Of a stretch of 64,000 nucleotides of DNA, positions 1-13,345 are shown one piece after another. Where the stretch lies: contig NMRA01000091.1 of the NCBI GenBank assembly GCA_002633005.1, forward strand, positions 260,445 to 324,444, read 5' to 3'. The stretch comes from Phoronis australis. Its lineage: Eukaryota > Animalia > Phoronida. A program made the position numbers and the translations under genes. Each line of letters starts with the position of its first letter. Position 1 is the first letter of the stretch. The notes under the pieces are model-generated. The model was given only the letters and a program-made list of their open reading frames with translations, did no database searches and was not told where the DNA came from.

Positions 1-123
1 CCCCCTCCCGACCTCCCCCCATTCGGTGCTATGCGCATCTACAATCGTGGTTCAGTTTGCGCAAATGCTTCCAGCCGGACAAAATGTTGGGCCCCCCCTT
101 GTGATATCCTAGATCCGCCACTG
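1..123 (-). mobile_element. Family A non-autonomous DNA transposon, terminal part
   Basis: Ends in CCTAGATCCGCCACTG; near identical to 5925-6039. Confidence 0.85.
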
Positions 124-230
124 TTTTGAGTGTTGAATTATTGGATTGAACTCATTGTTTCCGTTCCATAAGTGAAGATGTTTCGTCCCAACTGCAAGCT
201 ATTGTCTTGTGGTCTACGGAACTCAAACCT

Positions 231-383
231 GCCTCCCGTTCAGTAACGCTAGGACCTCGCTAAAAAGCAAGACTTTGCGAGATTACGTGAGATATTGCCA
301 TGTATTTTAAATAAGAACACGTGACCTTGACTAGATTTAAGCTAGGTCCTAGCGTAGATCCTAGAGTCTACTGAACGCACGCC
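231..383 (+). mobile_element. Family B ~150-bp palindromic element
   Basis: GCCTCCCGTTCAGTAACGCTAGGACCT...CTACTGAACGCACGCC; near-identical copy at 61553-61705. Confidence 0.8.
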
Positions 384-1094
384 TGCTCAACGGGAGAAGC
401 TGGAACATTCAGAACAACTCGAGTATCTGTGAAGCCTCAATTTATTTCTCGGGACATTCGGAACACCGCGGGTAATTCTTAACCTTACGTTCCACCACAG
501 ATGGAATCGTTATTTGCGCATGTGCGGAATTCAAGTCGTGCTACTTTCAAACTGGAGAATGATTGGCCTTCTGACTTACGTCTCCACGTGTTCGCTGACA
601 TTCTCCACCGAGGGTAATTTTGAGGCTACACTGAAAATACACGAGGTGTTCCGGATGCCCTCGGAGGTGTTCCATAAATAGGCATGTGCGAACTTCAATC
701 AAACGGCAAGACATGTGACTTTCAAAATGGCTAATGCCGCCTAATGCACCGGGATAACATGCTTGAACAACAGCTAAGAAAGCATGAAAATGACCGTTGC
801 GTAGGACTTGAGACCTGCAAGATTGAGGCCCTGATTTTAGTCGTCTCTTGACCAAATGCCTTTGCAGTAATTATTGAACTTCGCGCATGCGCAGATAAGG
901 GCATCCAGAATGCCTCGGGTATTTTTGTAGCCTCATGCATAATTTCTTTTTGGAGGTGAACGTTAACTGAGCATGTGTAGACTTCATTAGCCACACGGCA
1001 AGTCATGTGACCTTAAAACTGGATATGATTGCTGGTCATATGACTGAAGTTATCACATCCTCAGATAACGTTCACTTCCGACGGATAGTTTGAG

Positions 1095-1129
1095 CAAGGA
1101 GTGTACGAAGAATTGTACTACACTCCTTG
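1095..1129. mobile_element. 35-bp minimal TIR element
   Basis: TIR CAAGGAGTGTA/TACACTCCTTG flanked by the 7-bp direct repeat GTTTGAG. Confidence 0.65.
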
Positions 1130-3523
1130 GTTTGAGGCTGCGGAAATACCCGAGAAGGATGTGAACATGGCCATGGTTTATTGGATGGCTAAGGTAGAAT
1201 GCTCAGCGAAAGAAGTTTGGCGTGAAAACGAAAAAGTGATCTTGCCACAGTTTTATTAGATCGCTAAGTTCATCAACTAAAACCCTACTGAGTTACATAT
1301 ATTTACAATCGTTCATCGAAGTCCCATAGTAATTCAGTTTATATATCCTTTTGGCTATTCTTGGAAATATAGGTTACCCGGCATGATCAATATTTATTAG
1401 CCGTGATCGCTAGACCGATCTACTTTTGTTTATTTTGCCGGCGAAAACAGTTGTGTTTGTTAAAAAAATCAAAACTTTGGGAAAACTTGAAGTTCAAACA
1501 ATTAAGCAATAAAAAGGTAAAACAAAAATTTAGGAATTTTAATTCGGTGGTCGTAAAAATTTCAAAAAGAAATAAACTTAATACGTAAAGTGGAATCTAA
1601 CTGAATTAAGTTCGCTGCTTGACAAGTTTCAATTTACAGTTGAATTCTTTCGTAGTTTGCATTTTGCTCTTTGCTCACTACAAATTTGTAGGGAGTGTGG
1701 GGACACCGAATTAGTTTTCTTTGCATCATCGTAAGCAGAGACACTTCTAGAAAAATACGAAATTGACATAGGCCGGTTTTTGAAAAGCCATGTTTCGCTT
1801 AAGTTAGTGGTGTTGAACACTTCACTGGCTTCTGCAGATTCGCGTTTTCTCGCAGTCCTCTTAACACTCGAGAAAGCACACGCTCCTGTTATAGCCACAC
1901 GATGTAACAGATGCCCGACATTCATTACGAAAACAAACGGAGTAAAACTACGTCAATATTTCTTTTACATTTTACTCCTGTATCTTCCATTTGAACATCC
2001 GTCAGAGGAGTGAAATCTACAATAACTGGTGCGAGGTGTGGAAATTACATAACTTATAGAGTTCTTTGTTAGACACTACAGAATACCGACGCAAAAGACA
2101 AGGTATACTGAAGATACCGTTTCGTGCCCAGTATATTGAAGGTTCAGGTTCGGGCTTTCAAATTTAACGATCAATGCATGGTCGAGATGGTTATAATCAT
2201 CAGAAGATCAGGAAAATTGGTGGCTCTGTTTTCATCAAAACAACGATTGTTTTCATACAATTATAGTATACAAACGATGTGACCTTACAACCATGTGGCA
2301 TAATGTTCTTATTCAAAATTTTACGCAAGACATATTTGTCTCTGCGATAAGTGCCATGGAACTGATTACAATAGCACATTCAATTAAACTGCTAACTTTT
2401 TCTGATGTGCTCGTGTTCACTATGAAATAAAAAATACACCGACTTAGTTTTTAGCTATTTTAGCTCAACCAGCGTCTTTATAAAAATGCGCAACTTGACT
2501 TCAAACGTGCAACAATTTCAAAATTATAGATGTCGATCGGGCCAAAAAAGCATAATTGGTTGTGTAGGTGGTGCGATATTTTAGTTGCTCATATTCGAAA
2601 AATGGTCATCTGAGACGGGTAAAAACGATGTGGAGTTATGTTCCTTCTTTACTCATCGCTTGGCAAATCACGGTGTTTAAGCTTTGTTTACGTGCCTTAA
2701 TTTGGGCACTTTTCCAAAAATAAAAACACGAAACCTTGCCTAAAATTGATACCGACGGACGTTTTTGGTCGATGAGAGCAAGTTTCAAAATGCGTTGTGG
2801 TAAAGACCAGAGCCATGATTGGCCTCATGCCATGTTGTAATTATGAAACAATTTAAGCTGATGTGAACACACTAAGACGAGAAGTTTTATTCTTCAAATT
2901 TGCTGTTTTACCACGAAGCAAGACAAATAACATTGAATATAACACATTGAGCTTACAACACACCACTCTTGGTCATTTAGAGACGCATCTGTCGTCATTA
3001 CCTTGCTCCAGATATTTTATCTTTTCTTCAAATATAAACGCATTTACAGATAAGCTGAAAATTGGTGTTTTCTTTATATCATGATTTTGGAGCTTAATTC
3101 CAGATTGTTAAATATGATTTCTTTCCAGCACTATCATTTAAACCCCATATAAGGAAAACTCGTCGCGAAATCAACATTGTGATCTGTTATTTTAAATCAT
3201 GAGCAATATTCAAATGCTCATTAACAATGTCGTAACAAAACGACTGCTATGCGTTTTTTCAGTGCGAAAATCTGCCAAAAACCTTAAACGCTTCACAACG
3301 CGAGACTCTGGTGAGACACAAACGATGAGAAATCTTCGCAAATTTTCTCCCACAATTCATAATTCCAGCCTCGCAGACCAATCTCTTCTGTGGCACTATT
3401 TTGCCAGTGTTCGGCGGTTAATTCTCGAAGTTACCCGCAAAACACTCGCACTTCCCTCATTTGAGTTTTGCAAGATCACGCAAGTCTTCGCGAGATATCG
3501 CCATGCAAGACAAGTGAAACACC

Positions 3524-3627
3524 AGGCGTGCGTTCAGTAGACGCTAGGACCTACGCTAAGATCTAGCTAAAACCTAGTCAAAGTCACGTGCTTTTTAGCG
3601 AGGTCCTAGCGTTACTGAACGGGAGGC
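3524..3627 (-). mobile_element. Family B copy with internal deletion
   Basis: Reverse-complement match to both ends of 231-383. Confidence 0.75.
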
Positions 3628-5107
3628 AGATCAGCCTATGAACGTAGTGCGCCGTTAATTTGAGTATACTAGGCTAAGATCGAAAACTAAAGATTGTTAT
3701 GTAACGAGACCTATATGTTTTTCAGAAAAGGAGGTGTCAGGGAAAAGACCATTGTTGTTGTCTGCGGATTTTTAAAATAAAAAGTATACGATTTGTTGTG
3801 CTTTGTATCGAATTTTATTAATTCTGTACTGATTGCAATTTTAGTTAATATAATCGCTGTGTATAATAAGGTATCAATTGTGAACATGAGGCTTCAAATA
3901 AATTGTTTTATATATCGAGCACTTTTTCAAGTACGCTTCGAAGAAGTCTTGTAAGTGTAGAGTATTTTTCCCAAGTGTGCTCGAGATTGTACTCAGAAAT
4001 CATAGATGTTCACACTGTCTTGAGTACTACTCGGTAAAATGGGAATTACTCCTCGATTTCAAGTACTACTGTTTGGCTACGTTTTGGTTGGCTCCAAAGC
4101 ATGAGAATTTACTCAGTCCGTGTAGTTTTATAATTCTCGAATAATGTAAGGGACTTGATGAAGTTTGGTGGTTGTGAAACCAAGCCCATGCTCTCGTATG
4201 TGAGGCATCGCCTAGCATACGAAGGAGCACGTGCCTTCGCTCGAAAAGCAAGGAGCTAATGAAAATTTTGTTATTTGTAATTTCAGGTTACCGGCAATTT
4301 CCTTACTTGTAACTCCAAAATAATTGTTGAAATGATGATGGGGAAAACGGTAGTCTACCAAAAAAATACTTTTGTAATACCCCCCGCTGAGAGTTTTGTT
4401 GAGGGAACCTTGTTCCAGTAGTAGGAGCGGGTGGTAGATGTACAGTTGCCTTCAGGAGAATCTTCCTCAGACTTAGTCGTTGTCTTAATGACATGGTACC
4501 TCTGGTAAGCTACCGAAAATTCCCTGGAGCGCATAACAAGTGTTTTCATAGAAGTTTCAGTATTAAGTTCATGTTGGTTGAAATCTTTATTAAGAATTAG
4601 CAAGGCTTTCTGCGTTTCATATTGAACGGGTATGCTTGGCCCGGTTTCTATGTTTTAGGTTGTGTCTTGACCTGTCTTGCTATAAGATGGTGTAATGAAG
4701 TAAAGATCAATGTTAAGGATAGACATCAAAATATAATGGAACTCAGGTAACCTGCCAGTAAACAAGTATTCGGTACAATGAGGCTTGCTGCCCAATTCAA
4801 TTCACAAAATAAATTGGATATTCATCATGATTAGGAAATAATGAACTCTATTAAATTTTCTCGGAGGCTGTCCGATATGAGAGTTCCCATTTACCTTTTA
4901 ACTATTATAACATTAGAACCCAACGATAAAGTCGTAACTGTAAAGCAAGAACATTTTCATTTTTTAACGTTCAACATTGTGGATGTCACATATCTACCAG
5001 CGACTATAGTTTGCTCTATCGTGTTCTAGCGCTGAAGCGAGACGGCGCACGAAAGTCAACTCTAAGACTTGCCTAAGCCGTTGTGAACCAATGTCTGTTG
5101 TTATAAA

Positions 5108-6039
5108 CATAGGCGGATTTAGGGGGGGGGCCAGGGGGCCCGGGCCCCCCCACCCCTTGGCTGCCGCAAAAAAATAAAACTGTAAGAGCGTAGGGAAATG
5201 GTGAGTTTATTAATTAACCTCGGTAATTAAAATTACACGGATGAAAAAAGATTTAAATGTGTGCAGTTTTAGTGTTTGTGGGGGGGGAGGGGCCCAAACC
5301 CAATTTCAAGTGTCAAATTCGGAACACTGCGCATTCGTAACGGAACTATGGCTAAGTATAGGCTCTCCCGCGATATCCCAGGCGACCGGCAGTGGCGCTG
5401 CGCACTACGACTCCGTTTTCGTCGTCTGCTCCACTGTGCAATGAAGAAAATTTACTTCATTTTTTAAAGAGAATGGAACCTGAGTGACGATGAAAAAACA
5501 GAAGCTGCTGGTAAGATGTGAATTTCAATCGAAGCCTTAGTGAATCACTCAGAAACTCGNGAAAAACGGATTTGGTCTTTTGGGCATTTGAAGACTATTT
5601 TAAATACGACAAAGTTGTTAAGAATTCATGGCACAAAATATAAAACGTGTAATAAGCATTACGAAAACAAGTGGGTTTCGCGCGCAAACGCTGAGGACCA
5701 TAAACAAGTAGGTCTTTTAGCTTTTATTACTAGTCAAATCGTGGTGGTGTAGTGGTAACGCACGCGCTCTCTAACCGCGAGGTCGTGAGTTCAAGTCTTT
5801 GTTACGTTCAGTTTTCCTGTTTGACACGTTCTCTGTTTTTTTTTTTCTTGAATAATACTTCAGGAATCAAGGAAAATGTTTGCTTTTTAGAGGTAAAAAC
5901 AGAAAAATTTCCTGGGCGGGAGGGGGTTTGCCCCCATTCGGTGCTATGCGCATCTACAATCGTGGTTCAGTTTGCGCAAATGCTTACAGCCGGACTGAAA
6001 ATGTTGGGCTCCCCTTGTGATATCCTAGATCCGCCACTG
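5108..6039 (-). mobile_element. Family A non-autonomous DNA transposon, full length (~930 bp)
   Basis: Imperfect TIRs CATAGGCGGATTTAGG / CAGTGGCGGATCTAGG; 5-bp TSD ATAAA; internal tRNA-like cassette. Confidence 0.9.
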
Positions 6040-8193
6040 ATAAACATCAACTTTCTTTACGTTTGCTCATCCAGAGCAACGTCATCGAGTTCTTATCCTT
6101 TGCTTGAATCGAAATTGGTTACAATAAGTCACACAGACTTCCCTTCTGATGGCCATTGGCGACTGACACTGACCCCCCGTGATAATCATACAGAAATGGA
6201 CAGGACAGAGTTCAGTTACGCTGGGACCTACGCTAGGATCTCGCTAAAGTCTTTCCAAAACCACGAGTTCTCATTTGAAATACATGACAATATCTCGCAA
6301 AGTCTTGCCTTTTAGCGAATCCCAAGCGTTACTGAACTCTACCCTGTTCTGATCGCACTAATCACGTGTCATTTTTTCTTAGGCCAAAAAATCATTTCCA
6401 ATCTGAGTTAGAAACAAGATTAGACCAATTATTGGCCTAGATTAAGAGTTGTTTTTTGACACAAGTCTACGGTTTATTGCCCCTGTAAGTGGTGGATATT
6501 CTGCGTGATTAAATTACAGCTGCTTGTTTAGCTAATTATTCGTTATTGGACTATCGGAATGGCTAGAAAGTTCAAGGGTAGCTACAACTCGACTTTGTGT
6601 AAACAAATAAGTCGTATATCATTCGCTTGCACGTACATCTGGATTTACTAGGAATCCTAATAGCCTGTTTTAACAACCTCACCGCAGGAATTTTATTCGA
6701 GGTCAGCGACTTTAGGATGTGTGCCTCCAAACTTGTTGATTTTTGTGCACGTTCAGACAGACCATGTTATTTTTATTTCTGCCACCTAAAAGCCTGATAA
6801 CCATAATGTCTTTTGCAGCAAACCTCGATCGGCTTCAAAAATGGATTTAGACAGGGGTTTAGTTGTAATAAGGTTCAACTGTAGAATTTGTTGTATAATT
6901 ATATGGCAAAAATTTTGTGTACACTTTAGTAACTCCCTGGGAATTGAGATTTTGAAGAAAACAGGAACTCGATGGCAAATATCCGGGCATTGTTTATGCG
7001 ATCGCGCTTCTGTGCAAGTTGTTTAAAAGCATCGTGGATTCTTAGCCTGGTTAAAAGTAGAATTTAAAATGATGGAGGCAGGCACTGGTCTTATGAAGAC
7101 GTTTTCCGGATATTGAGTTTTCGTACATACATATACACATATCAGTGACCTTGACTCTTCCAAACTAGCCTCTGAAAATTGTAAAAAAACAAGGGTCTGC
7201 CAACTTAAAGTGGAACTTTCACGCTAAACTATGATTCTTGTCTCTGTGATGTTTGGTTAAATTAGAAGTGAAAATGAAGTAGGTTTAAAACTGCCACATG
7301 ATTTTAAGAACGAGTTCTGCGTCCGTCGAAAATGATCCACCCAATATCGCACAACCGTATCAAGTAAGTATCGTGACGTGGTGTTGGGGAATAGTACTGC
7401 ATGACGCAGGCTATGTGAGCCCCCGAGGTGCGTCACCAGTGCAAAGGTCTCCTATTTCCGGATTTTTTAGTTTTCATCTTTACAAGTTGTCAATAAATAC
7501 AACTGTACTTAGCTAATCGTAAATGACGTTGAAATAGCATTGTCGTTTAGTTCATGCTATACATTAGCATAGTTAGGAGCATGCAAAGCGACTATCCGAC
7601 TGTTTTAGACTAAACACCGTCATCAAATCGGTCTCAACTTCTCAGAGTGATATTCCAAGTTCGCGAGGAACTGACAGTTCGTTATTCCTAGAGACCATGT
7701 TAAGCTGCTGTAGTGGTAAAATTAGGGGTAAGTAGGCGCCCAAAGGCCACCGTATCACCTTGAGCATTGAATTTTAAAAGTGCATTGAGTTCCCAAAACA
7801 TCACAAACATGTAGGCCTATTTTTGACTCACTAGTGTGTATTTACTTCAAGTCAGCAGATTAGAATTTAGGATGTCGCAACCACACAATTTTTATTTGAT
7901 GGCAAAGGTCCGCGTGCATTGCAAGCGGTCTTTGAAGGGGGCCCAAGCACAATAATAAATGAAAATAGGCGCGGTAACGCCCAGAAACGATCTGCTGGCA
8001 GCGTTTATAGTCGCCCATGCAGTGTGTCCTCGGGGGCTCTTCGATCGTTTGTTGACTATCTGATTCATTTCGCTCAGTGAATTCTCGTTCACATTCAGCT
8101 TTACTGCAAGGATGAGTCGTAATGCATAAAGTAAAAAGATGGTTGGCTGCGCCTACGTGCGCCTACGTCCCAATATAGCACGTACTGGTTAAG

Positions 8194-8424
8194 CATGCGC
8201 ACACCCAGCCTTTGATATATGGGGGGCTCGAATTCCCGACGTTGTGGACCATTTGCTAACAAAAGAGCTGGCGGACTAAAAAAAACGGGGGTACCTCTGT
8301 GAATTGCGCGTTCCCGCTTATTTAGTGGACTTTTGTTCCATTTTCTCTCGGAGCGGACCTTTTTGCCCACTTCGCCAATTAGGGGTGCTCGAGCAACCAA
8401 CCCCCCCCCNTGGGTGCGGGCATG
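8194..8424. mobile_element. MITE with 5-bp TSD
   Basis: Termini CATGCGCACACCCA / TGGGTGCGGGCATG; TSD TTAAG. Confidence 0.75.
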
Positions 8425-10129
8425 TTAAGCACGTAATTACAAGCCTGGTCTCAAGCAATAACGAACTATCATTTCTTTTGAGCTCCTTATATAAGCTCTA
8501 ATTTGACTACGAAACAATTTGAGCCCAATTTCATAACGGTAACTGGTCTCAGTAAATCAAAAGTTGTTCTTGTCATGGAAGCCACGTTCAATTTCAGATT
8601 CAAAAACGTCTTTATCTAGAGTCCTTTCATATTCATAGCGTAGATACAATCAAAGGGTCACCGTTTACTTTGGTTCTGTATTTCGGCTAAAACTTTTTTC
8701 CTCGGCAACAGACTATAACATACGTGTGCAGTTTTGTGGCAAATCTATCCTAGACCAGAGCTATGAAACGACAAAATCTGTTGTGTTTTTGTGATTTAAT
8801 TATAAATCGCCTATTTCTAAAAAAGTTGACTGAATCGAGGCTGCGACCTCATTAGGGAGATTTCAGTGCCTGTCGATCTCGAGGCTAGAACAATCTAACC
8901 AAAATCATGTGTCTTCTCGTTTAATCAAACGGCGATATCTCAAGTAATCTTGCAGTCTTTCTTTTTAGCGAGGTCCTAGGGTAGATGTTAGCGTTACTGA
9001 ACTATAGCTGCGCCCCTTTCCATGCTGGGCGGTCGTGAAAATGACCAACGCGCTGATCAAAGCTGGCGTGAAAAATTTCAGGGCCACGGTCTAGTTTCCC
9101 GTATGTATGCTGGTCTGTTGTGTGAAATGGGCTTAACTTTTCCAGAAATACCGCCTTTTCTTAAGTAGACAATTAGATGGGTTTGCATATATCTCACCCG
9201 TCTCCACGGAATAGCTTGCCTTTCCTGCTTTCGTTGAATTGATCTTAAGCGTAAACCTAAAATTGCTTTTGAATATCTTATAATGTTTCCAGTCTTTGAT
9301 TAATTAACGGACTGAATCCTTCATTGAGCTTCAACTTTTTAATGATCTCGAACTCATTTTCCTAAATGAATAAATCCGCGTTGAAAAACCGATAACCAGA
9401 TAATTATCACTTTTACCCCAAACATTTTGGGGGTGGCACATTTTTAGAATTCTGTGTTGTTGGACCTAATGCCTGAGCTCAAAGAGTACATGACGGGCAA
9501 AGGAAAACAATGACCGTACGAGAAAAGATGTACCTGAAGGTGCAGAGTCCGAGTATATCCAGAAATCAGGAAAGACACGATCAACATACTCACAGCGAGC
9601 ATGGTCAGAAGGAAGTGTCGGAATTCAACCTGTGATCGGTACGAAATGCCAGTCAAGCCACTAGGCACAAAGTAGTGCCCAAATCACGTCAAAATAAGGC
9701 TGTCCCGGATTACACAGCGAAACTAGAATGTCGCAGTATTTACCCACAATGGGGCCTTGGAGCCATTGGAGTTCCATGTGTTCTTTGTTGTTGTATTTTA
9801 TCAAGCTTTAGTCGTGTCGTTTCCCTATATTAAAGAATTGTCGGAAAAGCTGTAGCGCATTGGGTCTGGTTACGAGATCAGTATTGCTCCGTCGGACGGT
9901 CCCAGAACCACTCTGCTGCATTCGTAAGTGCATCCCAAGTTTAAACTTATTAAGGAAAACATCAGTGGGATAGTTTGTTCATCCGTTAAGAATTGTACCG
10001 AGGAGCATACTGGGGGAAACTCAACAACCCCTACGGAAACGAATGTACCAACATCGGAGGAACGCGGGAGAAGGTATTTCGTCGGGCGGTCCATAGACAC
10101 TTGCAAGCGAATGGTCACAAAGTTAGAAA

Positions 10130-10209
10130 ATGACGGTGTTGAAATTTTAATTAAGGACAAGAACTGGTTCGAAAGAAGCGTCAAGGAGGCCATCTTCATT
10201 AAAGGATAA
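10130..10209 (+). pseudogene. Penelope-like GIY-YIG C-terminal fragment
   Basis: VEILIKDKNWFERSVKEAIFIK resembles the Penelope endonuclease tail (IL.RE..WFERGVKEAIYI). Confidence 0.5.
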
Positions 10210-10855
10210 TGCCAGCCAAAAAAAACAAACTATTTTGTATCAATTTAGATCGAGTAGTTCCAGCAAGTTCAGTTGTTTTATCTGACACCTAACGGCAGAC
10301 GGAGGTGTTGAAATTAACCAATGACGTAATCGGTTCGAACGCAGTCTGATCAGCTGGTATCGACTTATCGCATGAATTCATCATTTTACACCAATAAATC
10401 ATCAAAATTCGATGTAAACCCCATTACAAATACATCAAGTTCTTGAATAAATGTGTTGTTTTATTTCACTGTTACGGATTTGTAGGTATTTGAACGGTAG
10501 CCTACAGAGTTCGGTAGGTCAATTTACCATGGTCGATCGCGGGGGTTCGGGTATGTTTGGTGATAAATTCGAATCAATTTTCCGTGAAATACAGATGGGG
10601 GAAAATAGCTGTGTGTTGTACTTTTAGACTTGCGATTTTTTCACCCCTGGCCTACCAGCGATTGAGAACGCCCGGAAGGCGATCGAGAACAAAATTTGGC
10701 GCTAGAAGCGAAGCCAGGCAAGGTGAGTAAATTTGATGAATTTTTGTTGTTTTTACTTCCAATGTGAAAACGATGGCATGAGTTAAAGGCGTAACACATT
10801 GAGGAAAGGGGGGTAGAGGTTTAGGCTAGTGTCTCTTCCAATTATTGGAGAAAAG

Positions 10856-11490
10856 CAGTGGCGGATTTAGGATATCACAAGGGGGCCCAACATTTTGTCT
10901 GAAAACATTTGCGAAAAGCACGATTAGATGCGCATAGCACCGAATGGGGGGATGCCCCCCTCCCGCCCAGGAAAATTTTCCTGTTTTTTCTCTAAAACTC
11001 AAGCATTTGCCTTGATTAATGAAGTATTATCCAAGAAAAAAGGCAAAGAAAAAGAAAAAAAAACAAAAAAAACACGGGGAACCTATCAAACATGACAAAC
11101 TGCAGTTACCACAGACTCGAACTCACGACCCGGCAAATTGAGCGGGCGTGCCTTACCACTGCACCACCACGATTTCATAATTTGATAATAAGAGACCTAC
11201 TTGTTTATGGTCCACAACGTTTGCGCGCGAAACCTACTTCTTTTTGTAATGCTTATTACACTTTTTATATCTCGTGCAATCAGTTCGTAACAAATTTGTT
11301 GTATTTAAAATAGTCTTCAATTGTCCAAAAGATCATATCCGTTTTTGTGTTGGCATTAATGATGCAATTGCTTTGGAAATCGTCTTAAGTTAAGGTTTGA
11401 CAAAGAGAGAATTATGAGTTTCTGAGTGATTCACTAACGCTTCGATTAAAATTCACATCTTACCAGCAGCTTCTGATTTTCATCGTCACN
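10856..11490 (+). mobile_element. Family A copy, truncated at an N join
   Basis: Starts CAGTGGCGGATTTAGGATATC; colinear with 48230-48890. Confidence 0.85.
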
Positions 11491-13120
11491 AATCAATAAA
11501 TTGACCATGAAGTTATGAAGAAATGATGTGTGAAAATATAACGCAACGCTTTTTTGTAGTTTTGTCAGAATCTCTGAATTTTCGACACTTTTCTGTTGTA
11601 AGATACGATCGAGAACGCAAAGATAAGTGGTCGGAAACGCAAATTTGTGTTTGTTTATGCGATCGGGAACGCATGGTGGTGTGTCGAACAATAATGAACT
11701 TTTTACTTATAAAATGTGAAAAAGATTACAAAATAAGTGTGGTGCGATGAATTAATCACATTTTGCGTCATTACTGTGTTACTTTCGTATCAAAACTAAA
11801 CAATAGCATAGCATATTACCGGTAAATCGCCATGAGTACTACATATACATCAAGCATACTATTTAGTTATAGATATTTTCACAAATGAATATATTTTCAT
11901 TTCAAGAAACAAGTTCACTGTTGTTGTGAGGCGAGCTTCAACGAACATGTCACCAACGACGTGAAGGTACGCCCTATCAGGGTTTTGAAATACAGACTTC
12001 TAATTTTAGACGAAACCACTAGGAACAAGGGGTTCTAAACTGAAGACTCTCCCAAGAGTTGTTCCATGTGGCGCGTCTGCCAGCGGTAAACAAATTGTTG
12101 CAGCAGATGAACGCGAGTGTCGAATCTTCTTGCAAAATTGTGACAGCAAAAGGAAAAAACAAATAGCCAGTGAAGTCAAAGAATGATGATGAGCTTGCCC
12201 ATAGGGGAGAGAGAGGAGTGCGGCAGCAACACCATTCACGAGATGATTCAAAGATTCCCGCTCATGAACGTCTGGGATTTAAAAATTGCTAGAAGTTGTG
12301 TAAACTGTTATGCCGATACAACGGCTGGGATTTTGCTCGAAGTTTTACTGATAACATCGATGCAGAGATGAACAGATTGACTTTTGGCACCCCTGTGGCT
12401 TGAAATGAATGTACGTTGTGTTTGACTCCTCTGTTTTGTTGTCTTGGTCCTACGTTCACCGTGCATCTTCAGTTTATGATCTCAAGTTTAATGTGACATT
12501 GAAAAAGAGTGAGATAGTTATAATACACGTACTGTATTGTGATTTTCTCAAAACCTAATCAACATGTTGTCTTCAATGTCACTTCAACTACAAACTGTAG
12601 TGATTTACACAGGAAATCAACAACAATGTTATAGCATTTCTATTATAATATTGATCTTTTATCAAAATCTTTTACCACACATACCTCAAAATTGGTCATA
12701 CACAAATATGTAAAGTAATGCTTCAGGGCAATCAACATTACAAATCCATTGAACATTTCCTAGAATTACTTTTGGAATGTATTACACTAAATCATCGCTG
12801 AATCATAGACAATGTATTTCGGACTGATTGATAGTATAACAGTCTCTCACGGGAAATCAACAATATGAAAGCAATTTCTACAATAATCATAGACATATTT
12901 TATTTTAAAATACTAATTGGTAAAAACAATTGTATGTTAGTATTGCCTAATGACACTCAGCATGGCCATTTAAATCTACCTAAACCGGGAACTACAAAAA
13001 TGCACTGGTTCTGTTAAAGATCCTGTTCAGGAAAAAAGGTTCAAAAGAAAACGTCAAAATACTATCCCAACAGACAACTACCAACCATAAACTCTGTAAA
13101 TCTGAACAAATTATAGTGAC

Positions 13121-13345
13121 TTAAAAACCTTCACCACTTGACTTAATGATTTCATTCATGACGTTCTGCTTGCTATGTCTGTAGAAGGAGGCATACTGTT
13201 TGCATGACATGCCACATTCATCACAAAAAGAAGTGTCCTCGTGCTGTGACGCAATGTGTGGCGTCAGGCTCACTTTTTTCGTGAAACATTGATCACAGAT
13301 AGGACACTCAGTGAACTGACTTGGTTCCTGAGCACGATGCTTCAT
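13121..13345 (-). pseudogene. Isolated C2H2 zinc-finger pair, probably a relic
   Basis: CPICDQCFTKKVSLTPHIASQH and CDECGMSCKQYASFYRH; no other exons recognised. Confidence 0.45.

Noticed and set aside
5741-5800. Functional tRNA gene
   Set aside because: A/B boxes are present but there is no intact cloverleaf, the anticodon region varies between copies, and it lies inside a transposon
5752-6315. 187-aa ORF
   Set aside because: Runs through a family A element and a family B remnant; no protein motifs
7205-7900. Kolobok-like element starting TTAAAGTGGAAC
   Set aside because: No matching right-hand TIR found
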